32,000 nt of DNA from NCBI RefSeq assembly GCF_000341395.1, contig NC_020304.1, positions 3,000,001-3,032,000 on the forward strand, in the 5' to 3' direction. The translations under genes were made by a program, and so were the position numbers. Origin of the DNA: Desulfocapsa sulfexigens DSM 10523. GTDB lineage: Bacteria; Desulfobacterota; Desulfobulbia; Desulfobulbales; Desulfocapsaceae. Below the pieces are notes generated by a model that had not been told where the DNA came from, did not search any database, and was given only the letters and a program-made list of their open reading frames with translations. Positions 8,493 to 18,703 of the stretch are shown one piece after another. The stretch's first letter is position 1; the number at the start of each line of letters is the position of its first letter.

Positions 8493-11143
8493 TAGTCATT
8501 CCCTCCAAATTGTATAGCAAAGTTACCATCTTGATCCATATCGAGGTGAACACTTGCAGGCATCGCCTCAGCACTCATGAAGGTGAGAATTTCTTTGGAC
8601 ATTTGTGGTAAAACCGTGCCATTCATGATGTGATCAATATTTCTTGCCCCGGTTTCCACTTCAGTACACCTGGCCGCGATCTGTTTAATAACCTCTTCGC
8701 TGTAGGTTAATTTCATCTTGTGAGTCTCGGCCAATCGTTTAACCAGCTTGTTTAGTTTTAATTTTACAATATCACTTAAGATGTCCTGCGGTAAAGTCAT
8801 ATAGGGAACCACCGTCATTCGTGCAAGGAGGGCAGGCTTGAAATGATTGCTCAAAATAGGCCGAACGGCATTCATAATGACCTCTGGCGGCAGATCAGCG
8901 TCGCCGGTGGTCATTTCGGTGATGACATCGGTTGCCAGATTGGAGGTGAGAAAAATAATAGTATTTTTGAAATCGATTTCTCTTCCTTCACCATCGGAGA
9001 GTGAGCCTTTATCAAAAACCTGATAAAAGAGATTCATCACCTCAAGATTGGCCTTTTCAACTTCATCCAGAAGAACTATTGAATAGGGACGCTGGCGAAC
9101 GGCTTCGGTGAGCACACCTCCTTCACCATAGCCGACATATCCTGGAGGTGAACCTACCAGTCGACTCAGGGTATGGCGTTCCTGAAATTCACTCATGTTA
9201 ATGGAGGTTACAAATCGCTCCCCTCCAAGGATCAGATCGGCCAGAGCCAGGGCTGTCTCAGTCTTGCCGACTCCACTTGGTCCAACCAGTAAAAATATTC
9301 CAAGAGGCTGATTCGGATCTTTAAGTCCTGATTTTGCAGCTTTGATTACTTCAGCAATCGCTGCAAGACCGTGATCCTGTCCCTTGATGCGATCCTTCAT
9401 CTTTTCTTCAAGGTTTACTATATTTGAAGCCTGATCACGCATGACACTACCGAGCGGGACACCTGTCCAATCCGATACAACTTTGGAAACGATATCCGGA
9501 TCAACTTCTATGCGAACCAGGGACTCATCTTTCTGGATAGACTTAAATTCTTCTGTCAGTGTTACAAGTTCTTTTTCAAGTTGCGGAATTATCTCTTTGT
9601 TCTCAGGTTCTTCAAGGGTAGCGGCTTCCTTGAGTTTGAAAAGCTCTTTTCGTGAATTTATTAATCTACCAGCCACTTCTTGCTCGGTTTTCCACTGCAG
9701 GATAAGGGCTTCCAGTTGTTTGCCAAGATCCGCTATTTTGGCCACGATTTCTGAAAAACGTTCTTCGTCTATCGCAAAACCATGAAGCTGATCTCTTTCC
9801 ATGGCCTTTTTCTCACGTTCCAGGGCCTGGACACTCCGTTCTCTGTCCTCAATTACATCGGGTTTAGCGGTGAGAAGCACCTTGACCCGGGCGGCACTGG
9901 TATCGAGCAGATCTACAGCCTTATCAGGCAACTGCCTGCCGGAAATATAGCGACTGGAAAGTTCGGCTGCTGCAATAATAGCGTCATCACGGACTATTAC
10001 CCCATGAGCCTCTTCGTACTTTTGTTTTAAACCACGCAGGATAAGGATGGCTGTTTCAGTGGAAGGTTCTTCAAGTTTAACAAGTTGAAATCTTCTGGCA
10101 AGGGCCGGGTCCTTCTCGAAATATTTCTTGTATTCAGACCAGGTTGTGGCGGCAACTGTCCGTAATTCGCCTCTGGCTAAAGCCGGTTTGAGGAGGTTCG
10201 CAGCATCGCTTTGTCCAGCAGCACCACCGGCACCAATCAGGGTATGAGCTTCGTCGATAAAGAGGATGATCGGCTTTGGTGATGCCTTGATCTCGTTAAT
10301 AACTGATTTGAGGCGATTCTCAAATTCTCCTTTGACTCCGGCGCCTGCCTGAAGAAGTCCCATGTCAAGGCCGAGAATAGATACATTTTCAAGGAGATCA
10401 GGTACGTCTCCTTCAACTATCCTCAGGGCAAGGCCTTCAACGACTGCAGTTTTACCAACACCTGCTTCTCCGACCACAATGGGATTGTTTTTTCTTCTTC
10501 TTGCAAGGATATCAACCATTTGTCGTATTTCAAGATCTCTTCCAAAAACCGGGTCGATCTCACCGTCTTTAGCTTTCGCGGTAAAATCTACACAAAATTT
10601 TCCAAGTGCCGTGGAGTCTCTGGGGCCTGAAACCTCCTTACTCTCTCCTGCCTCACCTGGAGCAGGCTGTTCAATGGATGGTTTAACAATATCCCAGAAT
10701 TCACTCTTGAGTCCATCAAACGATATACCATTCAATTGATCAAGAAATTGTCCTGCACCAAAGCGGGATGGATTGTTGACCAGGGTTAGCAGCAGTACTC
10801 CCGATCGAAGTCCGTTTTCATCAAGATCCACCGAGGCAATCAGCCAGGACTCCTGAAACCATTCCATCAACAGTGGAGAAAAAACGGGTTTGGCAGCATT
10901 TCCGGTTTTGAATTCTTCAAGGGCATGATCAATACCTTTACTGAATTTTCCGGGATCTATATCATAATGACGTAAAATAAGGGGAAGATCAGACTGATCT
11001 TCTTCAAGGAGTTTGGAAAGAAAATGCTCAAGGGTTACCTCATAATGGCTCCGTGAAACACACAGGCCGGCTGCGGCCTCAAGACAACGGGTACAAAAAG
11101 GATTTAAGCGCCCTAATAGCGATTTAATGTCTACGGTCAGCAT
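8492..11143 (-). CDS. clpV: T6SS ATPase ClpV (TssH)
   Basis: 883 aa; two AAA+ modules: GEAGVGKTAVVEG and GPSGVGKTETALALADLI; DPVFGRDLEIRQMVDILARRRKNNPIVVG; MSEFQERHTLSRLVGSPPGYVGYGEGGVLTEAVRQRPYSIVLLDEVEKA. Confidence 0.97.
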   Translation of the reverse strand: MLTVDIKSLLGRLNPFCTRCLEAAAGLCVSRSHYEVTLEHFLSKLLEEDQSDLPLILRHYDIDPGKFSKGIDHALEEFKTGNAAKPVFSPLLMEWFQESWLIASVDLDENGLRSGVLLLTLVNNPSRFGAGQFLDQLNGISFDGLKSEFWDIVKPSIEQPAPGEAGESKEVSGPRDSTALGKFCVDFTAKAKDGEIDPVFGRDLEIRQMVDILARRRKNNPIVVGEAGVGKTAVVEGLALRIVEGDVPDLLENVSILGLDMGLLQAGAGVKGEFENRLKSVINEIKASPKPIILFIDEAHTLIGAGGAAGQSDAANLLKPALARGELRTVAATTWSEYKKYFEKDPALARRFQLVKLEEPSTETAILILRGLKQKYEEAHGVIVRDDAIIAAAELSSRYISGRQLPDKAVDLLDTSAARVKVLLTAKPDVIEDRERSVQALEREKKAMERDQLHGFAIDEERFSEIVAKIADLGKQLEALILQWKTEQEVAGRLINSRKELFKLKEAATLEEPENKEIIPQLEKELVTLTEEFKSIQKDESLVRIEVDPDIVSKVVSDWTGVPLGSVMRDQASNIVNLEEKMKDRIKGQDHGLAAIAEVIKAAKSGLKDPNQPLGIFLLVGPSGVGKTETALALADLILGGERFVTSINMSEFQERHTLSRLVGSPPGYVGYGEGGVLTEAVRQRPYSIVLLDEVEKANLEVMNLFYQVFDKGSLSDGEGREIDFKNTIIFLTSNLATDVITEMTTGDADLPPEVIMNAVRPILSNHFKPALLARMTVVPYMTLPQDILSDIVKLKLNKLVKRLAETHKMKLTYSEEVIKQIAARCTEVETGARNIDHIMNGTVLPQMSKEILTFMSAEAMPASVHLDMDQDGNFAIQFGGND

Positions 11144-11179
11144 GGTTCTCTCCGATTGTTGTTAGTAATGGAATATAAG

Positions 11180-12208
11180 TTATCTTTGAGGATAAAACAG
11201 GTTACTTTTTTCTCCGATCTCTTCTCCAGAAAACAGCCAGCTGTCAAGACCAAGGCCCGACCATTGTTCGCCTCCAAGACAGACTGTTTTGGCCTGTCGA
11301 CCCGCCATGGTTACCTTAATGTCGTAATCAAGAGGATCACTGACGAAGAGGTCTGTCAGCATGACAACCTTATTATACAAGGCGCTGCCGGGGAGAAATG
11401 CTCTATATTCTGGTTCATCAAGTGGTCCTATTTCTATACGAAACCGACCCATTCGATCTCCAATCTCTTCTCCAAGAAAGCTGTCACAGCCAAGGGCGAC
11501 AACAGATGCACCAAGCTGAATTCTCTGATCTTCAGGAATTTTCGCTTTTCGTTCCAGGCAGGAGAGAATGTCAACGGGAAGATTTAAAGCGTCGGAAAGC
11601 AGGGTTTTCAGGCCTAAGGCTGATCTTGGGGCCTGACTGAACAATCCGGCATATCGAAGTAAATCCTTGGGGTTTTGAATATTTTTTCGGAATTCCGGTT
11701 CTCCCAAACCCAGTAAGCAAAAAAGACGCTCCAGATGGGAATTCTCCTCTTCCTCACTGATTTGTTGAAACTGCCGATACTTCAACCAGCTTTGGAAAAA
11801 GAGGAGATAGAGTCTTTGGTGAATGATATCGAGGAAATCACGGCTGGCAGATGTGTCTTCTGAGGCCTCATCCAACAGCTCCTCACTGTAAAAGGTTGGC
11901 AGGGGAGATGAGGACCCGTATAAACTTAAAAAATTAGTTTTTATTTTGAACGTACTCTTGTCATTCTGATCACAATGTTCTTCGATCGATTCAATATCAC
12001 TTGCAGGAAAACCAAGGGATAAATGGGGGACAATCCGGATTTGATTATGTTGGTAGGGGGCTGCTTTACTCTCAGAGGACGGAGAATCAAGATAAAGGCG
12101 GAGCAGTCTAATGACCTGAAAAAAAGAAAAGTTCTCTCCTTCTTTCAGTAAGGACAACTTGACATCTAGCTTTAAATCAGGGGACGTTCCCCTATCCGTG
12201 CCGGCCAT
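11180..12208 (-). CDS. tssG: T6SS baseplate subunit TssG
   Basis: 342 aa; FFQVIRLLRLY near N-terminus, IRIVPHLSLGFPASDIESIE, FLSLYGSSSPLPTFYSEELL, FLDIIHQRLYLLFFQSWLKYR; adjacent to tssF. Confidence 0.93.
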   Translation of the reverse strand: MAGTDRGTSPDLKLDVKLSLLKEGENFSFFQVIRLLRLYLDSPSSESKAAPYQHNQIRIVPHLSLGFPASDIESIEEHCDQNDKSTFKIKTNFLSLYGSSSPLPTFYSEELLDEASEDTSASRDFLDIIHQRLYLLFFQSWLKYRQFQQISEEEENSHLERLFCLLGLGEPEFRKNIQNPKDLLRYAGLFSQAPRSALGLKTLLSDALNLPVDILSCLERKAKIPEDQRIQLGASVVALGCDSFLGEEIGDRMGRFRIEIGPLDEPEYRAFLPGSALYNKVVMLTDLFVSDPLDYDIKVTMAGRQAKTVCLGGEQWSGLGLDSWLFSGEEIGEKSNLFYPQR

Positions 12209-13905
12209 GAAATGATTTCTCCTCTCAAACTTTCTTTAAGGGTGAACCTGGTAAAGGAATTAAAAGTTGAATATACTGCAAGAAATTCGTTGAGGATTGA
12301 AGCAAAAAGATAGAGATCACCTTGACTTGCAAAGTGATCATAACGGGCCTCCATATGAATTTCCCTCCCCCGCATCATAAGACCGTTTACTAGCCTGTCT
12401 CCAGGGGTGGAACTGATCTTCTGCAGACCATCTATTCGCTTCTGATTGGCTAGTAAAGTCGTTCTGTCTTTAGTGTCAGGAAAAAGGTACAGGCCGAGTA
12501 ATGTCTTTAAATTTTTAATATCAGCAAGTGAAGTGTAATTCAGGGACAGATGTCCGAGAAGTCTCCAGAGGAGGTTTTTCTCCAGAGGTGGCTGAGCCCC
12601 GGATGTGGGTGGACTTATATTGGAAAAGGTGATGAATTCAGGAGTTGAGCTTGTGGGCTGTGATATGTCACCAACCTGGATACTGTCGGGAAGATCACCA
12701 TTGGTGCACGTCAGTTCGATGCTAAGAGTCTCAGGAAGTGGTGGGCCATCTTTTTTAGGGTAACTTACAGAAATATAGGTGTCGGTCACCCTGCGTGATG
12801 GCGATTTCCTTTTACTTGTATTGTAAACAGGGCCAGATGCACCGTTTCGATTAAAGTGGTCAAAATGTTGATATTCCCTTGCTGTTGCAGTTCCCTGGAT
12901 GTAACCGGTTACCCTGTCCACCGAGTACACCTGGAAATGAGTTAAATTTGATGCAGCGGGCCGAACACGGTATTCGCTCATCCGGTGATCAAGACGGACG
13001 GGGTCTGCTTCATGCTTAAAAAGATTGAGTACAGGAGTGGCAAAAAGAATGAAATCTTTTGTACGGATTCTTGGTATTTGAAAAGGAATGTCGTTTAACT
13101 CAAAAATAATCTCAAATTGTGTTCCTTCTCCGCGATTGAACCATTTTTCAAGCCCGGTGAGATTAAGAAAAAGAAAATTCTCAGGGAGAGTGAAATATTC
13201 CTGAAGAATTCGGTATCCAGGAAAAGAGTTGCCGGGATAGGGCAAGACGCCATCTGCCATATTGAATCCCACAGGTTGCAGATGTTCTTTAGTTAAGGAA
13301 AATTCGGAGTCCTGATCTTTCGCCTTAATAATTATACGACGTAGATAATGACGAAGGATAAAATATTTGTCACTGGCAGAAGAGTAGTCACCCGCCAGAT
13401 GAAATTGTAAATTTTTTAGCTGAAGATTGTTGAGAGCTCCACCCTTTGTTTGAAGTGTGACCCGGATGGAGGAAGCCATTCCTGGGGTTTCCACAAAAGC
13501 GACATCCGTGATCGCTATCGGTTGTACCTCAACATCAAAACAGGTTTGAAAGAGGCAGGTTGTTCCGGCAACGGGGACCGAGGCCAGTTGGACACCTTTT
13601 TTTATTTTTAAGGCCTGTTTAAGTGAAGATTTGGGCTGGAAGGCGACAATGGCAGCGGAAGGTAATGGTCTAAGGTAATGCGGCCATATCAGATGAATGA
13701 GATCGTGGATGATTTCGGGAAAATCGTCATCAAGTTTTTCCCGGATGAGGCCGGTCAGAAAAGCTACTCCTTCCAGCAGTCGTTCGACATCGGGATCAGC
13801 AGAGGAACCGCTCAACATCGATGCTATGGAAGGGTGCGTTTCAGCAAATTCTGCCCCAAGATCACGCAAGGCAGCAAGTTCCTGAAGGTAGTAGTGATTG
13901 AGCAT
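12172..13905 (-). CDS. tssF: T6SS baseplate subunit TssF
   Basis: 577 aa; MLNHYYLQELAALRDLGAEFAETHPSIASMLSGSSADPDVERLLEGVAFLTGLIREKLDDDFPEIIHDLIHLIWPHYLRPLPS is a classic TssF N-terminus. Confidence 0.96.
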   Translation of the reverse strand: MLNHYYLQELAALRDLGAEFAETHPSIASMLSGSSADPDVERLLEGVAFLTGLIREKLDDDFPEIIHDLIHLIWPHYLRPLPSAAIVAFQPKSSLKQALKIKKGVQLASVPVAGTTCLFQTCFDVEVQPIAITDVAFVETPGMASSIRVTLQTKGGALNNLQLKNLQFHLAGDYSSASDKYFILRHYLRRIIIKAKDQDSEFSLTKEHLQPVGFNMADGVLPYPGNSFPGYRILQEYFTLPENFLFLNLTGLEKWFNRGEGTQFEIIFELNDIPFQIPRIRTKDFILFATPVLNLFKHEADPVRLDHRMSEYRVRPAASNLTHFQVYSVDRVTGYIQGTATAREYQHFDHFNRNGASGPVYNTSKRKSPSRRVTDTYISVSYPKKDGPPLPETLSIELTCTNGDLPDSIQVGDISQPTSSTPEFITFSNISPPTSGAQPPLEKNLLWRLLGHLSLNYTSLADIKNLKTLLGLYLFPDTKDRTTLLANQKRIDGLQKISSTPGDRLVNGLMMRGREIHMEARYDHFASQGDLYLFASILNEFLAVYSTFNSFTRFTLKESLRGEIISWPARIGERPLI

Positions 13906-13919
13906 TGCGTATCTTCTGG

Positions 13920-14333
13920 TTATTTTTTTATGCTTATCTGACCATCGGAATTTAAAAGACTTTCAAAAAGTACTGAGGTATTGGAACCTGAGGTGGCAAG
14001 TTTTGCAAAAATCTGAAACTTCACAGCAAGACGATCTTCTTCCTGGGGGGTAAAGGCTACCCGCACGGCTCGCAGTCGTGGTTCGTACTGGGTAATTGTC
14101 TGTCTGATTGCCCTTTCAAAGCCTCGGAGTGACTGAGGGTATTCAGTAAGAAATTCAGTGAAATCAGGGGTTCCGTATTCTTCAGAAATCAGGACATTTC
14201 CCTGCCGGGTATTGAGGATCTGTTTCAGGTGGTCCTGGATGGAGTCGATCACCTTCAACGGATCCTCACTTTCCCGACGGAGAGGGTCATGCTCCCTCTG
14301 CCGGATACGCTCTAATAACCTGGCTTCCCGCAT
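13920..14333 (-). CDS. tssE: T6SS baseplate subunit TssE (gp25-like)
   Basis: 137 aa; LLERIRQREHDPLRR, DSIQDHLKQILNTRQGNVLISEEYGTPDF, IRQTITQYEPRLRAVRV. Confidence 0.94.
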   Translation of the reverse strand: MREARLLERIRQREHDPLRRESEDPLKVIDSIQDHLKQILNTRQGNVLISEEYGTPDFTEFLTEYPQSLRGFERAIRQTITQYEPRLRAVRVAFTPQEEDRLAVKFQIFAKLATSGSNTSVLFESLLNSDGQISIKK

Positions 14334-14383
14334 GATTCAGTTATCCCGTGTCATCTATACATTCAGGATGAGATTCCTGAACA

Positions 14384-14872
14384 TCAGACCATTGGAGCTT
14401 CCCAATCATCTTCAGCCGTAATGCCACCATCTTCCCAGGTCCATATTATTTTTTGATAACAAAAAGAGACGTGCTCTCTTTCTTTGTGCTGCATATTTTC
14501 AGGATATTTGTTGTTAAGCATCTCCTGACGTATTTTAGAGATGGACGCATTTTCCAGTTGGATGGTGTAGTGCTGTACTTCCTTGCCGGTTGAGGAAGGT
14601 TGCCAACACCGAAGCTCAAGGCTGGTTATGTTTTCATTATTGACCATGGCTGAATAAATAAGAGGACTTGACTTATCCACCTCTTTGACAAGGGTGAGCG
14701 GGCCATGTTGTCTCTTTCCGGTGGGAAGTCCAGAGGCTGCATCTCTTGGCGAAGATATTTCCTGATCAAAAGCAATTATAGCGATCATATCTTCACGACC
14801 TGCCTGGGTTACAGATCCTTTAATCTCGCCCTGAGTCTCTCCGGTAAGCTTGAGGTATGCATTTAATGCCAT
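14384..14872 (-). CDS. hcp: T6SS tube protein Hcp (TssD)
   Basis: 162 aa; MALNAYLKLTGETQGEIKGSVTQAGREDMIAIIAFDQEISSPRDAASGLPTGKRQHGPLTLVKEVDKSSPL, YTIQLENASISKIRQEM. Confidence 0.95.
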   Translation of the reverse strand: MALNAYLKLTGETQGEIKGSVTQAGREDMIAIIAFDQEISSPRDAASGLPTGKRQHGPLTLVKEVDKSSPLIYSAMVNNENITSLELRCWQPSSTGKEVQHYTIQLENASISKIRQEMLNNKYPENMQHKEREHVSFCYQKIIWTWEDGGITAEDDWEAPMV

Positions 14873-14954
14873 TTGTCTGTCTCCTTAAGTTGTAATTTGA
14901 TAAGTGTTCAGCGGATGGAACAGTCTCAATTGAATTATCAAGAACATGGCTGTG

Positions 14955-16442
14955 CTATTTTTTGTCAAGTTTCCCAACCAGTGATAAAGTAAAAGATGCC
15001 CCCATATATTTGAAATGTGGGCGTACTTTCAGACCGACTTTGTACCAACCAGGTTCACCTTCCACGGAATCTACTGTTACTTCCGCCATTCTAAGTGGTC
15101 TGCGACTTCTGGCACTTGCCGAAGGGTTGTCCATTTCTGTAACATACTGACTGATCCACTTATTCAGCTCCATTTCAAGGTCGCTTCTTTCCTTCCAGGA
15201 ACCAATATTTTCTCTCTGCAAAACCTTGAGATAATGGGCCAGGCGGTTGATCACAAACATATAGGGCAACTGCAGGCCAAGTTTGTAGTTGAGCTCTGCC
15301 TCTTTACCTTCCTTTGAAATTCCGAAATTTTTGGCTTTTTGAACAGAATTAGCAGAGAAAAAGGCTGCATTATCGCTATTTTTTCTCATAGTAAGGCCGA
15401 TAAAACCTTCTTCTGCCAGTTCAAATTCCTTTCGTTCCGAAACCAGTACTTCGGTAGGAATTTTCGTTTGGGTTGCACCCATGGCATTATATTGGTGAAG
15501 TTTTAAATCTTCGACGGTGCCACCGCCTTGAGGGCCGATAATGTTAGCACACCAGCGATATTTGGCAAAACTGTCGGTGAGTCTTGTGGCAAAGGCAAAA
15601 GCCGCGTTGCCCCAGAGATATTTACCATGATTACCAACAACATTTTCTTCATATTCAAAGGTTTTGATAGGGTCACTTTCTGCACCATAGGGCAAGCGCA
15701 GGAGAAAACGTGGCATGGTCAGTCCGATATATCTCGCATCTTCTGATTCGCGGAAGGACTGCCATTTGAGATATTTGGGTCCCTCAAAGATCGATTTGAG
15801 ATCTTTCAAATTGGGGAGTTCATTAAAATCTTCAATATCGAAAAATTGAGGGCCAGCTGCGGCGATAAATGGGGCATGAGCCATTGCAGCAACGCTTGCA
15901 ATGGATTGAAGGAGCTTAATATCCTGAGGGCCTGGACCAAAGTCATAATTGCCAATCATGGCGGCGTAGGGTTGGCCACCAAATTGCCCATATTCCGCTG
16001 TATAAGCTGTTTTGTAGAGGCCGGATTTTGCAATTTCAGGAGAGTCCTCAAAATCATCAAGCAAGTCTTCTTTGCTGATATTAACTATCTCGAGTTTGAT
16101 GTTTTCACGGAAATCTGTATTGTCAACCATGTACTTCATGGAACGCCAGGCAGATTCGAGCTTTTGAAAATCTTCATGATGGAGGATGGCATCAACCTGT
16201 AGACCGACTTTCTTGTCTATTTCGGCGATCATTTCATCAACCACGGCTTTAGTGACTTTATCAACACCTTTACCGGGTTCGATCAACTGGGCGATAAGCG
16301 CCTCTACACCTTTTTTTGCCATGCCATAAGCTTCATCGGCAGGCTTAAGCTTTGTTGCCTGGGTAATCTCTTCAAGAAGGGATGTCGTTTCCTCTACTAT
16401 CTGCTCCCTGCCCTGAGCATTTTGTTCTTGTTCTTCGGCCAT
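14955..16442 (-). CDS. tssC: T6SS sheath large subunit TssC
   Basis: 495 aa; ILHHEDFQKLESAWRSMKYMVDNTDFRENIKLEIVNISKEDLLDDFEDSPEIAKSGLYKTAYTAEYGQFGGQPYAAMIGNYDF; C-term LVGKLDKK. Confidence 0.97.
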   Translation of the reverse strand: MAEEQEQNAQGREQIVEETTSLLEEITQATKLKPADEAYGMAKKGVEALIAQLIEPGKGVDKVTKAVVDEMIAEIDKKVGLQVDAILHHEDFQKLESAWRSMKYMVDNTDFRENIKLEIVNISKEDLLDDFEDSPEIAKSGLYKTAYTAEYGQFGGQPYAAMIGNYDFGPGPQDIKLLQSIASVAAMAHAPFIAAAGPQFFDIEDFNELPNLKDLKSIFEGPKYLKWQSFRESEDARYIGLTMPRFLLRLPYGAESDPIKTFEYEENVVGNHGKYLWGNAAFAFATRLTDSFAKYRWCANIIGPQGGGTVEDLKLHQYNAMGATQTKIPTEVLVSERKEFELAEEGFIGLTMRKNSDNAAFFSANSVQKAKNFGISKEGKEAELNYKLGLQLPYMFVINRLAHYLKVLQRENIGSWKERSDLEMELNKWISQYVTEMDNPSASARSRRPLRMAEVTVDSVEGEPGWYKVGLKVRPHFKYMGASFTLSLVGKLDKK

Positions 16443-16451
16443 GGTTCTCTC

Positions 16452-16940
16452 CTATTTATCCTCGACACCGAGTTCTTTCAGCAGTTGATCTTTGGACTCG
16501 TCATCCTTCACAAGGCTTTGGATTTTCTTCCGAAATTCAGGTACATTTGACAGAGGTCCTTTTAACGCGGTCAGGGCCTGGCGAAGTTCCATGAGTTTTT
16601 TTAGTTCAGGACTGTTTTGGGCTATGGCATCTGGGGAAAAATCTTTCAGTGATTCAAATGCCAGTTTAACAGCAAGTTCTTCGTCAGGATCATCCGATAA
16701 TTTATTTGGTACCGTCATGTTCAAGCTGAGGTCTTGCTCTTTCATGACATCGTTGAAGTTGTCTTTATCGATATTGATGGGGTCTCGATCCTCAACAGCA
16801 CGCTCATCATCTTTTTGGGTGAAATCTCCCATGATGAGTATTTTTAGAGGAAGTTCCACCTCTTCCTTGGCATCTCCGGTTGCCGGACGATAGACAATAT
16901 TGACTCTCTCCTTAGGAGCAACAGAACCTTCCTTTGCCAT
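16452..16940 (-). CDS. tssB: T6SS sheath small subunit TssB
   Basis: 162 aa; MAKEGSVAPKERVNIVYRPATGDAKEEVELPLKILIMGDFTQ, LSDDPDEELAVKLAFESLKDFSPDAI, ELRQALTALKGPL. Confidence 0.96.
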   Translation of the reverse strand: MAKEGSVAPKERVNIVYRPATGDAKEEVELPLKILIMGDFTQKDDERAVEDRDPINIDKDNFNDVMKEQDLSLNMTVPNKLSDDPDEELAVKLAFESLKDFSPDAIAQNSPELKKLMELRQALTALKGPLSNVPEFRKKIQSLVKDDESKDQLLKELGVEDK

Positions 16941-16982
16941 GATTTGCCTCTTTTGTTTAGTTGACGGTTAATAACATAACGT

Positions 16983-17010
16983 ATTATATGATAATATCTC
17001 TATCAATATA
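16983..17010 (-). promoter_or_regulatory. Candidate sigma70-type internal promoter upstream of tssB
   Basis: Minus-strand sequence TTTATATTGATAGAGATATTATCATATAATACG in the 164-bp tssA-tssB gap has a perfect TATAAT -10 (complement of 16983-16988), but the -35 is weak (TTTATA/TTATAT-like). No experimental evidence. Confidence 0.35.
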
Positions 17011-17104
17011 AAAGGTTTAAATCAAGAAATTTGTTGTAAAATCACCATTTAATGACTTTGCAAAATAGATTCCGCATCTAACATTTCGAAACAATTAAAA
17101 TGTA

Positions 17105-18685
17105 TTAGGATGAAATGCGGATTGCCTCTACTGAGTCGAGGGTGGCTATTTTATCAAGCAGATCCCTGCCACGCTCTTTTACAATTTTTGACGAAATCAT
17201 TTTCAGGCAGTGATAGAAGGTTTTGTAAACTATCAAGGCCTGAGTCGGGTCCCAGATTTCCAGCTTATGGTGCTCCAGCTCTTCGACGAGCTTCTCACAA
17301 TGCGGCAGAGCCATCTCGGCTTTTTTTCCGCTAATCAATATTCGTATGAGAGCCAGTCGCCATTGCATCGATTCTCTGGAAGAATGGGCTTCCATAATCC
17401 CTTGCTGAAGAAGCACAAGAGCCTCGGTGAGTTTTCGTTCCTTTAAGAGTTCTCCGGCACGCTGGATGGCATTGTTTAACTGATTTACCTCCTCTGTCGT
17501 CCCTTCAGCAGTGGAAAAACTGGAACCCATGTCCATGCCATCTCCTGCAGATCCAAGATTCTGACACCATTCCTTTGTCTCCTCATCAGCAAAGGGGGTC
17601 CCGTCTGAAAATTGGAGATTGTGTACCCCGGGGAGTCTGTGAAGGAGGGCAGCCGTTTCCTGGCATACTGCCTCCCAGGCCTTTTGGTATGGAAGACCGA
17701 GGTTTTCGAGGCTGGTGGCACAGTATCGCTGCAGATCCAGCCAGAAAATATATTGAGGAAACTGTCTTTCTGCAGTTGAGGATAAATTGATCCAGTCTCC
17801 TCGAGAGGACAGGTCTTGTATCATCAGAACGATATGAGGTTCCGGTGGCGGTATAATTGTTTTGCCTTCCACTGCCTGGGGAAGCACATCGATATCTGAC
17901 CAGATTGCTGTCCGCAGGGATCGATGCCCCAGTGGATTGATAAGATCCTGTTCTATCAGAGTAAGAGCTGCCCGCTTGATTCTTTCATTGGCTGTCTGAA
18001 TAGCGACTATGGGGTCTTCACTTGAGGAAGCTGTTTCCTGGACTTTCGGTTCCGGGGTAGGAATCGGTTTTTTTTCCACCTGTTCAGGTGGCTGTTGTTT
18101 CGGTTCGGGCTCTTTTACCTGCTTCTGCGGAGGGGATATAGCTTTTTCTTTTTTAATTGGAAGAGATTCAATGGTCCTTATCAACCGATTTAAAGAGGGG
18201 GGCTCAGGGAACAGCTCAAGGAAAAGCTGTTTAAGCTTATCGCAATGTGCCAAAAGAGTATTTTTGCTTTCTTCTTCTACGGATTGGAGACGAAGAAGCT
18301 CAAGAGCACTTGCACTGTTTTCAATCCACCATTCTGCAGCTGCCACCCGGCCACGCATTCTCTTTTTTAAGGGAAACATTGTGTCCCAGAACGTTTCCAG
18401 CAAATCGCAATAAGCCTGCAATCCAGTCGTAAGTCCTGCAAGCTCGCGGGTGTGAATTTGGGAAACGGCAAAATAACTCATCACCAAAAGATCTTTACTC
18501 TCCTCTGTTAATATCTTTTCGGTAAGTTGACTTACCCGCACCCAGTTAACTCCCTCAGAGGCAGATGGAGAACCAATTTTGTCTATTTCAGTTTGAAGTT
18601 CTTCAAAGGCTGGTTCGTAGCGGCTATCTGTACCGGCGGGACAAGCATCACTTATCGGAGTTGTTCCTATTGTAAGTATATCCAT
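17105..18685 (-). CDS. tssA: T6SS protein TssA (ImpA N-terminal domain)
   Basis: 526 aa; ISDACPAGTDSRYEPAFEELQTEIDKI and LTGLQAYCDLLETFWDTMFPLKKRMRGRVAAAEWW are typical of ImpA_N/TssA. Confidence 0.92.
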   Translation of the reverse strand: MDILTIGTTPISDACPAGTDSRYEPAFEELQTEIDKIGSPSASEGVNWVRVSQLTEKILTEESKDLLVMSYFAVSQIHTRELAGLTTGLQAYCDLLETFWDTMFPLKKRMRGRVAAAEWWIENSASALELLRLQSVEEESKNTLLAHCDKLKQLFLELFPEPPSLNRLIRTIESLPIKKEKAISPPQKQVKEPEPKQQPPEQVEKKPIPTPEPKVQETASSSEDPIVAIQTANERIKRAALTLIEQDLINPLGHRSLRTAIWSDIDVLPQAVEGKTIIPPPEPHIVLMIQDLSSRGDWINLSSTAERQFPQYIFWLDLQRYCATSLENLGLPYQKAWEAVCQETAALLHRLPGVHNLQFSDGTPFADEETKEWCQNLGSAGDGMDMGSSFSTAEGTTEEVNQLNNAIQRAGELLKERKLTEALVLLQQGIMEAHSSRESMQWRLALIRILISGKKAEMALPHCEKLVEELEHHKLEIWDPTQALIVYKTFYHCLKMISSKIVKERGRDLLDKIATLDSVEAIRISS

Positions 18686-18703
18686 CGTGATTCTCAGATT
18701 ATT

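Noticed and set aside
14873-14954. hcp-tssC spacer considered as a terminator or small RNA locus
   Set aside because: No convincing hairpin plus U-tract by eye in the 82-bp spacer; an attenuator cannot be excluded without folding.
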